In this document: positions 35,918 to 46,500 of the stretch, in pieces
Layout of the letters: every line of letters begins with the position of its first letter
How positions within the stretch are numbered: the first letter of the stretch is position 1
Assembly: GCA_018822545.1 (NCBI GenBank)
Contig: JAHJKA010000051.1
Coordinates: 12,570 to 76,569, forward strand
Direction of reading: 5' to 3'
Length of the DNA: 64,000 nt
From: Pseudomonadota bacterium
Lineage (GTDB): Bacteria; Desulfobacterota; Desulfobulbia; Desulfobulbales; SURF-16
The notes under the pieces: model-generated
What the model was told of the DNA's origin: nothing
The model's database searches: none
The model's input: the letters and a program-made list of their open reading frames with translations, nothing else
Made by a program: the position numbers and the translations under genes

Positions 35918-38068
35918 ATGAGTGAGCACACAGGGTGGAAATGCTCCTTTCACTGCACAAAAAATGCTGTGTTAGCAAACCTAAAGAGAAGGAGAACCGC
36001 TCTGAAGAATCTAGCCGAACGCCGCAATCAGTCAAGGATGCCCCTGAGCCTCAAATTTCGCCTGCGCGAGAGTTCCCAAAACCTCTCCTACGCTGCAGAA
36101 AGCTGCGACATACACGCCCACGGCATTTCAGTCTTAACCGATGCCCCTTTGCAGCCGAATATGCAGGTTGAACTTTGGCCTGAAGATGAGATGGGGATGC
36201 ACATCAAGGATTATGCCGAAGGGACCCATTATGTGCATGGTGATGTGTGCTGGGCCAAAAACGGCCGGTGTGACAACAAAACAACCTACGGCATCTCCTT
36301 CAAACGCAAGATTGACTGGCCGGTGCCCATGCAGGCCTTAACCCAGAAACTGGCATTTCCACTTTCCCAAAACGACACCCCCTCGCAATTTGTCCTGGAC
36401 GCCATGGTGGACGGCGTTTTCAGTGTTGATGCCGATTGGCGGATAACTACCTTCAATAAAGCTGCCGAAGAATTGACAGGGTGGAAAAAAGAAGACGCTA
36501 TTGGACTGCATTGCCACGAGGTCTTTAAGTCCAACACCTGTGGTGATGGCTGCGTGTTGGCGGAAAGCATGAGAAATTTGGTGCCTGTGGAAAATCGCTC
36601 CGTGTTCATTACCCATGCCAAGGGCAATCGAATCGGCGCCACCATCAGCGCCACCCCAATCATCAATAAAGAAAATGAAATCATCGGCGGTGTCCAGGTC
36701 TTCCGGGAGGCCAAATCCCTCTTGGGCCGCGCCGTAATTCTTGATAATGTCGCCGACGGCATCTTCACCGTAGACACCCAGTGGCGCATCACCTCCTTCA
36801 ACAAAGCGGCTGAAAAAATCACCGGCGTATCCCAACAAAAAGCCATCGGCAGTTACTGCAGCGATATCTTCCACAGCAGCATCTGCGGCAAGTCCTGCGC
36901 CATTGCCGCCAGTATCAGCAGTGGCCAGCCGGACAGCAACCGCTGCATCCAGATTCGTAATGCCGACAATGAGCAGGTGCCCGTGAGCATCTCGGCCGCC
37001 CCCCTCTATGACAACCAGGGCAACCTTATTGGCGGTGTCGAGACCTTCCGTGATCTGCGCCCCAGCAAAACCCAGCAATATGGCTGCTGCAAACAAAAAC
37101 AGATAGGCGATATTATCAGCAACAGCCCGGCCATGAGCCGCATCTTTGATATCCTGCCCCGCATCGCCCAAAGCGACAGCAATGTCCTTATCCTTGGCGA
37201 ATCAGGAACGGGCAAGGAGGTGCTGGCCAAGACCCTGCACAAGTTAAGTGATCGCAGTGACGGGCCCTTGATCACCGTCAACTGCGCCGCCTTGCCCGAC
37301 ACCCTGCTGGAATCCGAGCTGTTCGGCTGCAAGGCCGGGGCCTATACCGATGCCAAATCAGACCGGCTGGGCCGTATCGCCGCTGCCGAGGGTGGCACCC
37401 TCTTTCTCGATGAAATCGGTGAGATATCACTGGCCATGCAGGTCAAACTCCTCCGGGTTTTAGAGACCAAACTTTATGAACCCCTGGGCTCAAATACTTC
37501 CATCCCGGCCAACATCCGTATTCTGGCTGCCACCAATGGCAATCTTGAAGAGCTGATGCATAAAGGCCTGTTCAGGGAGGATCTCTTTTACCGCCTCAAC
37601 GTAGTTAAAATAGAAATTCCCACCCTGCGGGATCGCATCCATGATATCCCCTTGCTCCTTGAGCATTTCATTGAAAAATTCAACGCCGAGAAAAACATGG
37701 ATATCGGCGGCCTGACCGACGAGACCCTGCGCATTCTTATGCAGTATGATTTCCCAGGCAACATCCGTGAACTCCAGAACATTCTCGAATATGCCTACAT
37801 TCTCTGCAAAGGCGGCCTGATCTATCCGGAACATCTCCCTGCCACGATGAAGCCCAGCACGCCAACAGCTTCAGCACACAACCTGCCCTGCACCGAACCG
37901 AGATGTCTGGAAGAAATAGAAAAACACGCAATTTTCGACGCCCTGAAGCGTAACAAATGGAAACGGATGAGAACCTGCCGGGAGCTTGGCATTTCCAAGG
38001 ATACCCTGCGCCGGAAAATCTCGCGCTACGAATTAGACGACAAGTTACAGGAAGAGAAGGTGGCTTAA
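35918..38068 (+). CDS. sigma54-dependent activator with N-terminal PilZ-like domain and two Cys-rich PAS domains (PilZ-PAS-PAS-AAA+-HTH)
   Basis: ERRNQSR...DIHAHGISV (PilZ-like RxxxR / DxSxxG with S->H), two PAS domains, GESGTGKE, GAYTDA (variant of GAFTGA), C-terminal CRELGISKDTLRRKI. Confidence 0.88.
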   Translation: MSEHTGWKCSFHCTKNAVLANLKRRRTALKNLAERRNQSRMPLSLKFRLRESSQNLSYAAESCDIHAHGISVLTDAPLQPNMQVELWPEDEMGMHIKDYAEGTHYVHGDVCWAKNGRCDNKTTYGISFKRKIDWPVPMQALTQKLAFPLSQNDTPSQFVLDAMVDGVFSVDADWRITTFNKAAEELTGWKKEDAIGLHCHEVFKSNTCGDGCVLAESMRNLVPVENRSVFITHAKGNRIGATISATPIINKENEIIGGVQVFREAKSLLGRAVILDNVADGIFTVDTQWRITSFNKAAEKITGVSQQKAIGSYCSDIFHSSICGKSCAIAASISSGQPDSNRCIQIRNADNEQVPVSISAAPLYDNQGNLIGGVETFRDLRPSKTQQYGCCKQKQIGDIISNSPAMSRIFDILPRIAQSDSNVLILGESGTGKEVLAKTLHKLSDRSDGPLITVNCAALPDTLLESELFGCKAGAYTDAKSDRLGRIAAAEGGTLFLDEIGEISLAMQVKLLRVLETKLYEPLGSNTSIPANIRILAATNGNLEELMHKGLFREDLFYRLNVVKIEIPTLRDRIHDIPLLLEHFIEKFNAEKNMDIGGLTDETLRILMQYDFPGNIRELQNILEYAYILCKGGLIYPEHLPATMKPSTPTASAHNLPCTEPRCLEEIEKHAIFDALKRNKWKRMRTCRELGISKDTLRRKISRYELDDKLQEEKVA

Positions 38069-38080
38069 AGAAGAATTTGT

Positions 38081-38175
38081 GAAGTTGAGCAATAAGAAGC
38101 TACGCAGGAAGAATGGTTCCGAGTTAAGAAAAAGCACCTCCTTCTCACATTCTCGCCTTCTTATTGCTCAACTTC
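38081..38175. repeat. Perfect 19-bp inverted repeat with a 57-nt spacer
   Basis: GAAGTTGAGCAATAAGAAG (38081-38099) / CTTCTTATTGCTCAACTTC (38157-38175). It lies between the activator stop (38068) and the PilZ gene SD (38181). Confidence 0.9.
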
Positions 38176-38198
38176 TTAACAAGAGGAACAACAAGATC

Positions 38199-38564
38199 AT
38201 GGTTGTAGGTATGAATGAACGTCGGAACACCCAGCGAATCAAGGCCCAGGAGGATATTTTTGTCCAGGTTAATGACTGTCTGTGCAAGGTTCACGATATC
38301 AGTCTCGACGGTATCGCCTTTGACTACCAGGTCAAACCCGACACCCATATCAACGGCACTGCCACCCTGGAAATCTTCTTTATGTCCGGCCCTATCCTCT
38401 ACATTGAAAATATTCCCTATACCATTGTCGCCGACATTCCCCTTTTAGAAAAAAATGGTCGATCAGCTGTGATGCATCGCCGGGCCTGCACCCGTTTTGA
38501 CGATCTTAACTTCCGCCAGATTGTCAGCTTCAACCATCTCATGGCTGACCATCTCCTCGGCTAA
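38199..38564 (+). CDS. Stand-alone PilZ-domain c-di-GMP receptor
   Basis: Canonical ERRNTQRIK ... VHDISLDGIAF (RxxxR and DxSxxG). ATG at 38199 with AAGAGGA upstream. The GTG-initiated extension to 38079 runs through the inverted repeat and is not credible. Confidence 0.8.
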   Translation: MVVGMNERRNTQRIKAQEDIFVQVNDCLCKVHDISLDGIAFDYQVKPDTHINGTATLEIFFMSGPILYIENIPYTIVADIPLLEKNGRSAVMHRRACTRFDDLNFRQIVSFNHLMADHLLG

Positions 38565-38828
38565 CCCCCCTTCCTCCTAACATACCGGCCTTCTTCCGTC
38601 AGTCCAACCCCTCATCATTTTATCCCTGCCTGCTTTCCGTAACACCTCAATTTTCTTGACCTAAAGCCCTTAAAATAGCTACCATTCGGATGTATTTGCT
38701 GTTTTTTGTCGCATTGGTCATGACCTGCGCCCACTGTTCTCCCTCCTTCAGGAATTTGCCTCGTGTCGCCGCCTGCGGTCAACAGAGACCCCACGGTGAT
38801 AACCTCGGCCAGCCAACTTATGTGAACT

Positions 38829-39581
38829 ATGCGCTTTTCTCTCTTGCTGTTGCTCTTTTTTTCACTGCTGTTTTGCCTGCCTGGCTGCGGCGACAATCCC
38901 GATCATAAAATAACGGTTCTTGCCGGTCGGGGCCTGAGAAAACCAATGGAGGAGGTGCGCACCGCCTTTATTGCAAAATATGGCATTCAGACCCATATCG
39001 TCTATGGCGGTTCCGGCACCCTGCTTGCCACCATGCAAAGCTCAAACCAAGGCGATGTCTTTGTGCCCGGCTCCCTCTATACCCTGGAAAAGGCCGGTGA
39101 CATGATCATCCGCCATGTGCCGGTGGCCCTCCACACCCCGGTGATCGCAGTGGCCGTGACCCATCCACCATTAATACAATCCTTCGCTGACCTAGCCAAA
39201 CCAGGCGTCAAGCTGGGCATTGCCCACAAAGAAATGGCGGCCCTTGGGCGCAGCAGTGAAGAAATCTTTACGGCATCTGGCCAGTACCAAGAAATCATGG
39301 CCAATGTCATCATCAAGACCCAAAACGTCACGGTGCTCCTTGATCATCTGGCGCACAAGGAATTAGACGCTGCTCTGCTCTGGTCCGACATGCTGCTCTG
39401 GCCCGAGGCCCAAGGTCTTGCTGCCATTACCATCCCTCCGGAATTTAATAAAATTAAAGAGATCCATGCCGGCCTGCTGCGCCAGAGTACCATGCCAAAG
39501 GAAGCAGGGCTCTTTGTTGACTTCATGGCCCAGGAAGGCGCTGTTATTTTCCACAACCACGGCTTTGAGGCTATTCCATGA
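38829..39581 (+). CDS. ModA/SBP_bac_11-like periplasmic solute-binding lipoprotein
   Basis: Lipobox [23 protein letters not shown]...[26 protein letters not shown] follows the molybdate/tungstate-type SBP pattern. The stop overlaps the next start (ATGA). Confidence 0.7.
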   Translation: MRFSLLLLLFFSLLFCLPGCGDNPDHKITVLAGRGLRKPMEEVRTAFIAKYGIQTHIVYGGSGTLLATMQSSNQGDVFVPGSLYTLEKAGDMIIRHVPVALHTPVIAVAVTHPPLIQSFADLAKPGVKLGIAHKEMAALGRSSEEIFTASGQYQEIMANVIIKTQNVTVLLDHLAHKELDAALLWSDMLLWPEAQGLAAITIPPEFNKIKEIHAGLLRQSTMPKEAGLFVDFMAQEGAVIFHNHGFEAIP

Positions 39582-42307
39582 AAATCCGCCATAAAATATT
39601 CGGCGGTTTCCTGCTCATCTCCTTTTTTATTGTGGTCATCGCGTTCAGCAGCCTCATTATCCAAAACAGACTCACCTCGCACATTGAGAAAATAGGCGGT
39701 CATCAACTGCCCGGCACCGTGGTGATGACCAAGCTCTATGCCAGTCTTTTCGAAATCAGAACCTTGCTGTCGCGCTACGCCGCTTTTCATGATCCCCACG
39801 TCAAGGAGAGATTGGAAGACGCCCTTATTGAACTGGCCCAGATTCGCACTGTCCATCTCATTCTCCACGGCTATCACCAAGACCATCTTGCCGAGACAGA
39901 AAACATTCTGGATCATTTCACCAGTGAAATCAGCAAATTCATCCTCCTTACAGAAAAAGGGGCCGCCCAAGCCGAACTCTCAAGGGTGGGGGCAAAGATT
40001 GACCGTCTGGCCGATGCCTATGCTGAATTTGCAGCGCCAATCATCCAGGATATGATGACGGACTCCCGCACAGACCTGGTCCAGACAGTGATAAAGGCCC
40101 GAACATCAAGCGAACTTCTCCTGGGCTTGAGCATTCTCCTTATTGTCCTGGCTGTCACCTTTTCCCTCATGCTGGCCAGGCGTATTGCCGACCCGGTTTT
40201 AAAGCTGAAAGAGGCCGTTCTCAAAATTGCCCAGGGTGATTTGAATGTGCGGGTTTTGCCTGGCACTTCCCGTGATGAAATTGACGAACTGGGTTCTGCC
40301 ATCAACAAGATGAGCAATGATCTCCAAGAGATGACCGCCTCCCGCGATGCCTTTGCCGAGGAAGCCATGGGTAAAGCGCGCCAGGCCGAGGCTGCCAACA
40401 TTGCCAAGAGTGAATTTCTGGCCAGCATGAGCCATGAAATCAGGACCCCCATGAACGCCATTCTCGGCATGGCCGATCTCCTCTGGGACTCCCCCCTGGA
40501 GCCCCAGCAACGCCGCTATGTTGAGCTTTTCCGCTCCGCCGGGGTGAATCTCTTGAACCTCTTAAACGACATCCTTGACCTCTCCAAGGTAGAGGCAGGC
40601 AAGCTGGAAATCGAAGAGGCCGGCTTTGATCTCTGCCACGAGGTGGGCAAGATCTGCGAAGTCATGGCCCTGCGCGCCCACGAAAAAGGTCTGGAACTCA
40701 TCAGCTACGTCAGAAGCGATGTGCCGGCCTGGGTGGTGGGTGATGCCAATAGGCTCAAACAGATACTGGCCAATCTCATCGGCAACGCCATCAAATTCAC
40801 CAGTCACGGCGAGGTGGTGGTCAACGTCAGCAAGGGTGACATCCGCACACAAGGCGATAAAGAGATCGCCACCATCCTGTTCAGCGTCACCGACACCGGC
40901 ATCGGTGTGCCCGCAGAAAAACAAAAGATTATCTTTGATGATTTTACCCAGGCCGATGCCTCCACCACCCGCGAGTATGGCGGCACCGGTCTCGGCCTTG
41001 CCATTTGCCAAAAACTCATTGCCAAGATGGGCGGCACCATCAGCTTAACCAGCACTGAGGGGCAAGGCAGCACCTTCCACTTCATGTTACCCTTCCAGTA
41101 TCTCCCGGCAATTGAAGGTGAACATCAAGGGGCCATGCCTGTTGTTGATCTGAGCGGCATGAAAGTGCTGATCATTGATGACAATAACACCAACCGTCTT
41201 ATTCTTCGCCATATCCTCCAGGAAGAAGGGGCTGAGACCCATGACGCTGCCAGCGGCCGGGAAGGGCTTGCATTGATCAAACAGAGCCGTGCACGTCAGC
41301 AGCCCTTTGATCTCCTTCTCTTGGATGGACGGATGCCAGGCATGGACGGCTTTGCGGTGGCCGAATACCTCAGCCGCCACCCTGACCGTGAAAATCTGAC
41401 CATCATGATGCTCTCCTCCGACAACCAGGCGGGCGATATAAAACGCTGCAAGGCCTTAGGGGTTGCCGAATATCTTGTCAAACCGGTGCAAAGACCGGCC
41501 CTGCTGGAGGCCATTGCCCTGGCCTTATGGGATAAAGGTGACGCTGACACCATGCAAAGCCCACCAAGCCCCCAGAAGCACCCAGCCGGTTCTTTCCGCA
41601 TCCTCCTGGCCGAGGATTCACAGGAGAATCAATTTCTGGTCCAGGCCTTTTTGGAGGGCAGCCCTTATCAGCTTGATTTTGCTGAAAACGGCGTGCTGGC
41701 TGTGGAGAAATTTATTGCCAATCGCTACGATCTGGTCCTCATGGACATCCAGATGCCCCGCAAAGACGGCTACAGCGCCAGCCGTGAAATCCGCGCCTTT
41801 GAGCAAAAAACCAAACAGCCTGCCACGCCGATCATTGCCCTCACCGCCCATGCCCTCGTGGAGCATAAACAAAAGAGTCTGGAGGCCGGCTGCAACGAAC
41901 ATCTTGCCAAGCCGATCAGCAAAGATCTCCTCCTTGCCACCTTGGCCAAATACTGCACAGCGCCCCTGAACATACCGCTCTCGAACCCACCGGTCACGCC
42001 CCCAGACAAAGACCCCGAAACGGTGATGATCGACGAGTCCCTCCGTCCCCTGATCCCCAGATACCTTTCCCACGTCCGCCACGACTTAGAGCAACTCAGG
42101 GCAGCAGTGGCAAGCCTGGATTTTGACACGGCCCGCATGATCAGCCACAAACTCAAAGGTTCCGGCGGCGGCTACGGTTTTGACTTGATCACCACGGTGG
42201 GCAGAGAAATGGAAGAGGGTGCCAACCAAGAAAACCCGCAAACAATCGAGAATGGCCTTGCAAAAATCCGCACCTACCTGGACACTATCCATATTGAGTA
42301 CCAATAA
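39578..42307 (+). CDS. Hybrid sensor histidine kinase (TM-helical sensor-TM-HAMP-HisKA-HATPase-REC-REC-Hpt)
   Basis: [13 protein letters not shown] (H-box), [21 protein letters not shown], two REC domains ([24 protein letters not shown]), Hpt [13 protein letters not shown]. Confidence 0.92.
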   Translation: MKIRHKIFGGFLLISFFIVVIAFSSLIIQNRLTSHIEKIGGHQLPGTVVMTKLYASLFEIRTLLSRYAAFHDPHVKERLEDALIELAQIRTVHLILHGYHQDHLAETENILDHFTSEISKFILLTEKGAAQAELSRVGAKIDRLADAYAEFAAPIIQDMMTDSRTDLVQTVIKARTSSELLLGLSILLIVLAVTFSLMLARRIADPVLKLKEAVLKIAQGDLNVRVLPGTSRDEIDELGSAINKMSNDLQEMTASRDAFAEEAMGKARQAEAANIAKSEFLASMSHEIRTPMNAILGMADLLWDSPLEPQQRRYVELFRSAGVNLLNLLNDILDLSKVEAGKLEIEEAGFDLCHEVGKICEVMALRAHEKGLELISYVRSDVPAWVVGDANRLKQILANLIGNAIKFTSHGEVVVNVSKGDIRTQGDKEIATILFSVTDTGIGVPAEKQKIIFDDFTQADASTTREYGGTGLGLAICQKLIAKMGGTISLTSTEGQGSTFHFMLPFQYLPAIEGEHQGAMPVVDLSGMKVLIIDDNNTNRLILRHILQEEGAETHDAASGREGLALIKQSRARQQPFDLLLLDGRMPGMDGFAVAEYLSRHPDRENLTIMMLSSDNQAGDIKRCKALGVAEYLVKPVQRPALLEAIALALWDKGDADTMQSPPSPQKHPAGSFRILLAEDSQENQFLVQAFLEGSPYQLDFAENGVLAVEKFIANRYDLVLMDIQMPRKDGYSASREIRAFEQKTKQPATPIIALTAHALVEHKQKSLEAGCNEHLAKPISKDLLLATLAKYCTAPLNIPLSNPPVTPPDKDPETVMIDESLRPLIPRYLSHVRHDLEQLRAAVASLDFDTARMISHKLKGSGGGYGFDLITTVGREMEEGANQENPQTIENGLAKIRTYLDTIHIEYQ

Positions 42308-42334
42308 TTTGCTTTCGTATTACAATTGCAGCCT

Positions 42335-43330
42335 ATGAACTTCACTCATAAAAAAATACTCATCATCGATGACTCCGCTGACAGCAGAACCTTGACAGGT
42401 CATATCCTGCGCCAGGAAGGGTATTGCAATATCCTCGAGGCAGATTCGGCCCAGGAGGCCTTTGATATCATAGGCCTAGACAAATCATTTGACGAAGCTG
42501 ATCTCGCTCCGTTTCTTGACCTTATCCTTTTGGACATTGTCATGCCGGAGATGGACGGTATCGAAACCTGCATCAAACTCAAAGCATCACCCCAAACAGC
42601 CGACGTCCCCATCATCATGGTCACGGCCGACACCCAGGATGCCAGCCTGCAGCGCGCCTTTGACCGAGGTGCCGTTGACTATGTCACCAAACCCATTAAC
42701 CGGGTGGAACTCTGTGCCCGGGTCAAATCAGCCCTGCTCTTAAAAGAGGAGATGGATCGCCGCATGGAGCTTGCTAAGGACCTGGCTAAGGCAAACAAAA
42801 TCCTGCAACGCACCGCCCTTACCGATGGCCTCACCGGCATTGCCAACCGCCGTTATTTTGACGAATTTCTCGACAATGAATGGCGCCGATGCCGCCGCGA
42901 GCAACTGCCCGTTACCCTCTGCCTGATGGACATTGATTTTTTTAAAGCCTATAACGACGCCTATGGCCATCTTAAAGGCGATGAATGCCTCAAGAAGGTG
43001 GCCGCCATCCTGGCGGCCAGTGTCAAACGACCCGGCGATCTGGTGGCCCGCTACGGCGGCGAGGAGTTTGCCATCGTCCTTTCCGAGACCCCGGAGGCCG
43101 GCGGCTGTGCCGTGGCCAAAAGAGTGATGAAGGAGGTGGCAGCCCGTAATATCATCCATGAACAGTCAACAATCAGCGACCGAATCACCTTGAGCTTCGG
43201 GGTGGCCATGCTCACTCCCAAAGCGGCGACGCCGGTCAATGATCTCATCGCCCAGGCCGACCGGGCCTTGTACGAAGCCAAGAAAATGGGCCGCAACCGA
43301 ATCAGCTGCCCCGGCCTGAAAAAAATCTGA
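42335..43330 (+). CDS. PleD-like response regulator diguanylate cyclase (REC-GGDEF)
   Basis: KILIIDD...LLDIVMPEMDG (REC), TDGLTGIANRR, RYGGEEFAIVL with an RPGD I-site. Confidence 0.92.
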   Translation: MNFTHKKILIIDDSADSRTLTGHILRQEGYCNILEADSAQEAFDIIGLDKSFDEADLAPFLDLILLDIVMPEMDGIETCIKLKASPQTADVPIIMVTADTQDASLQRAFDRGAVDYVTKPINRVELCARVKSALLLKEEMDRRMELAKDLAKANKILQRTALTDGLTGIANRRYFDEFLDNEWRRCRREQLPVTLCLMDIDFFKAYNDAYGHLKGDECLKKVAAILAASVKRPGDLVARYGGEEFAIVLSETPEAGGCAVAKRVMKEVAARNIIHEQSTISDRITLSFGVAMLTPKAATPVNDLIAQADRALYEAKKMGRNRISCPGLKKI

Positions 43331-43550
43331 TTTGCCAGACACTGCTCCTTGCATTTCAAAATTTACGGCACAACACCGAGGAGCGCGCCCCTGCGACCAA
43401 GCCACCCGTCAACACTAACGGCAATCCATGACCGCCATCTGGAAAATAGATTAAATTTCTCTTTTATCTCCAATACGTTTTTCCCTATAGTGGTAGAAGG
43501 TCTTCAAACACATCGACATCTCTCAGTTGGGCAGATTCCCCTGGAGCATT

Positions 43551-46500
43551 ATGCACGACAGGCAACTACAACCTGACACCACCAAGGTCTTCCTAACCTT
43601 TGCGCTCCTCTTTCTACCCTTTATTGTTGTTCTGGTTGTTATCCTGGCTACCTTTACCAACCAGTCGATCACCAAAGACATGGCCGCCCTGCAAATCAGC
43701 AACTTCTCTCATCTGGAGTCCGGCGCCAATTCCATCCAGCACGACATCGCCATGGCGATTAGCGACATCAGCTACCTGCAGAATGATGCAGACCTGCACG
43801 AGTACGTCCTCAGCAAGGATAAAAAACACCTGAGCCGAGCCGCTGCTAGCATCCAACGCTTTTCTCAGACCAGAAAAATCTACGACCAGATCCGTTTTAT
43901 CAACAAAAAGGGCAAAGAGGAGATACGGGTCAGCTTCGATCAGGGCCTTCACCGCCTGGTTGCACCGGAACATCTCCAGGACAAGTCACAGCGCTATTAT
44001 TTCACCGACACCTTCCGTCTCCAAGCTGACGAAATCTATATCTCACCCCTGGATCTTAATATCGATCACGGCAAGATTGAGGAGCCCCATAAACCCATGC
44101 TCCGTTTTGGCATGGTCATTGTCGACAAGCAGGGCCAGAAGCAAGGTGTTATCATCATCAACTATCTGGCCCGCCTCCTGCTCAACCACTACAAGGAGGC
44201 CGTCCACGCCAGCAGTCTCAGCGGTAAACACAGCCATTTTCCAGGCAATGCCATGCTCGTAAATCAAGACGGTTACTGGCTGCTGAGCCCTGACAAGGCC
44301 GACGAGTGGGGCTTCATGCTGGGTAGACAGACCACCATGGCCCAAAAATTTCCTGAGGCCTGGCAGCAGATCCAGGCAGAAAACAGCGGCAGCATTATTA
44401 CACCGGCTGGCTGTTTCTTCTTCACCACAGTCTACCCTCTGGGCGAGCACCATCTCTCCAGCACCGGGGCCATGCCCCCCCCCGGCTTGAGCCGCAAAGA
44501 ACTGACTGCCACCGATTATAAATGGAAACTTATAAGCCATGTCCCGGCCCGTGAGCTCCGGGCTGTTAATTCCTACAGCCACCGTTTTCCATGGCTGCTC
44601 TTTACTGCCATGATCATCCTTGCTGCGCCGCTGCTCTGGGTTATGGCATGGTCCCGAAACCACCACCATCTGACCACACTGAACCTGCGCCACCGCGAGG
44701 AACAGTACCGGCTCCTCTACCATCTCGCCCCCATGCCTTACCAATCCTTAGATGAGAAAGGTCATCTCCTTGATATCAACCAAGCATGGCTGCACACCTT
44801 GGGGTATGAAGAAGACGAGGTCGTGGGTCGGCCCTTTGCCGATTTTATCATCCAAGAACAAAAGGCTGAATTCCCCCTCCATTTCTCTAAGCTCACGGAA
44901 ATCGGCCAAACGCACAATTTCCTTCTCACCCTCCTTCATAAGAATGGAACCAGCATCCTCACCTCCTTAAACGGCCAAGTTATCCGTGATAATGAGGGCA
45001 ACGTCCTGCAGACCCAATGTGTCTTCCAAGATGTCACCAGCCAGCATAAGGCCATGAGCGAATTGACCAGCAATCTGGCCCTGCTTGAAACCATTATCAA
45101 CACCATCCCTTCCATCATCTGCCTCAAGGACGACAAGGGCCGCTGGCTCCTGGCCAACCACCTCTATCTTGATATCTGCGGCCTGCAGGGCGTCAATTAC
45201 CAGGGCAAAACCGACAGCGAGCTGGCCTGGCACAGCACCCGCCTCAAAGACGAGCTGCTTTCCTCTAAAAAAGAGGATGCCAAGGTCTGGGAGGAAGGCA
45301 AGACCATGCGCAGCGAAAAGGCCATTACCCTGCCGGACAACCAGGACGAGGCCTTTTTTGATATTGTCAGACAACCAAACTACCGGGATGGCAAGCCAGA
45401 CAACCTGCTCATGGTGGGCTTTGACATCACTGCTCGTAAGAAAAACGAGAACTCCAGCCGCATAAACCAGATGCGTTTCCAGGCCCTTTGCCAGCTACAT
45501 CGCATGGCGGACCAGGACGTAAACGCCCTGCACGCCTTTGCCCTTGAGGCCGCAGGCACATTGTCCGCAAGCAAGATCGGCTATCTCCACTGCTTTGCAG
45601 GGAAAAACAGACCGCCCTCGTTTATCACCTGGTCCTTGGCTGGGCCGATACCCTGCCAGACTCCTGAAAACGCACCCCATAATCCAGAAGGCATGGGCCT
45701 CTGGCAGGAATGCCTTACCAGCCGCACAGCTGTTGTTCACAACAATTACCAGACCCTGGCCTCGCACCATGGTCTGCCCTTAGGGCATGTGCCCATCATC
45801 CACCACATGAACGTTCCTCTTCTTGACGGCGACACCGTCATCGGCGTGCTGGGGGTTGCCAACAAGGAAAGGCCCTACAGTGCTGATGATGCCGAACAAC
45901 TCATGCTCTTTGCCGCAAATATCATGGTGATTTTCAACCAGCGTCAGTTTTCCATGGCCCTGGAGCAAAGCCAGGAGGAATGGCTGCGCACCTTTGATGC
46001 CATCAGCGACGTGGTCACCATCCAGGATAAAGGCATGAACATCATCAAGGTCAACAAGGCCGGCGCCCTTATCCTTGGTATGCCCGGTGAGGAGATTATC
46101 GGCAAAAAATGCTATGAGATATTCCATGGCGCCGACATACCCTGCCCTGGCTGCCCCATTCAGGACGCACTTCACCCCTTCACCCCCTACCTGAAAGAAA
46201 TTTACCACGAGAAACTGGCCAAAACCTTTCTGGTCAATGCCTCTCCCATCGTGGATGACCAGGGCAACGCCACCAGTGTTGCCCATTTTGCCAAGGATAT
46301 TACCGCCACCAAGCACCTTGAAATGCAGCTGCGCCAATCCCAGAAAATGGAGGCGGTGGGCACCCTGGCCGGTGGCATGGCCCATGACTTTAACAATATC
46401 CTGACCGCCGTTTCCGGCTACGTGCAATTGGCCATGATGAAGATACCAGCCGCCGCCCCTGCTTTCTCTGATCTGGAAGAGGTTAAAAAAGCCGCTGATC

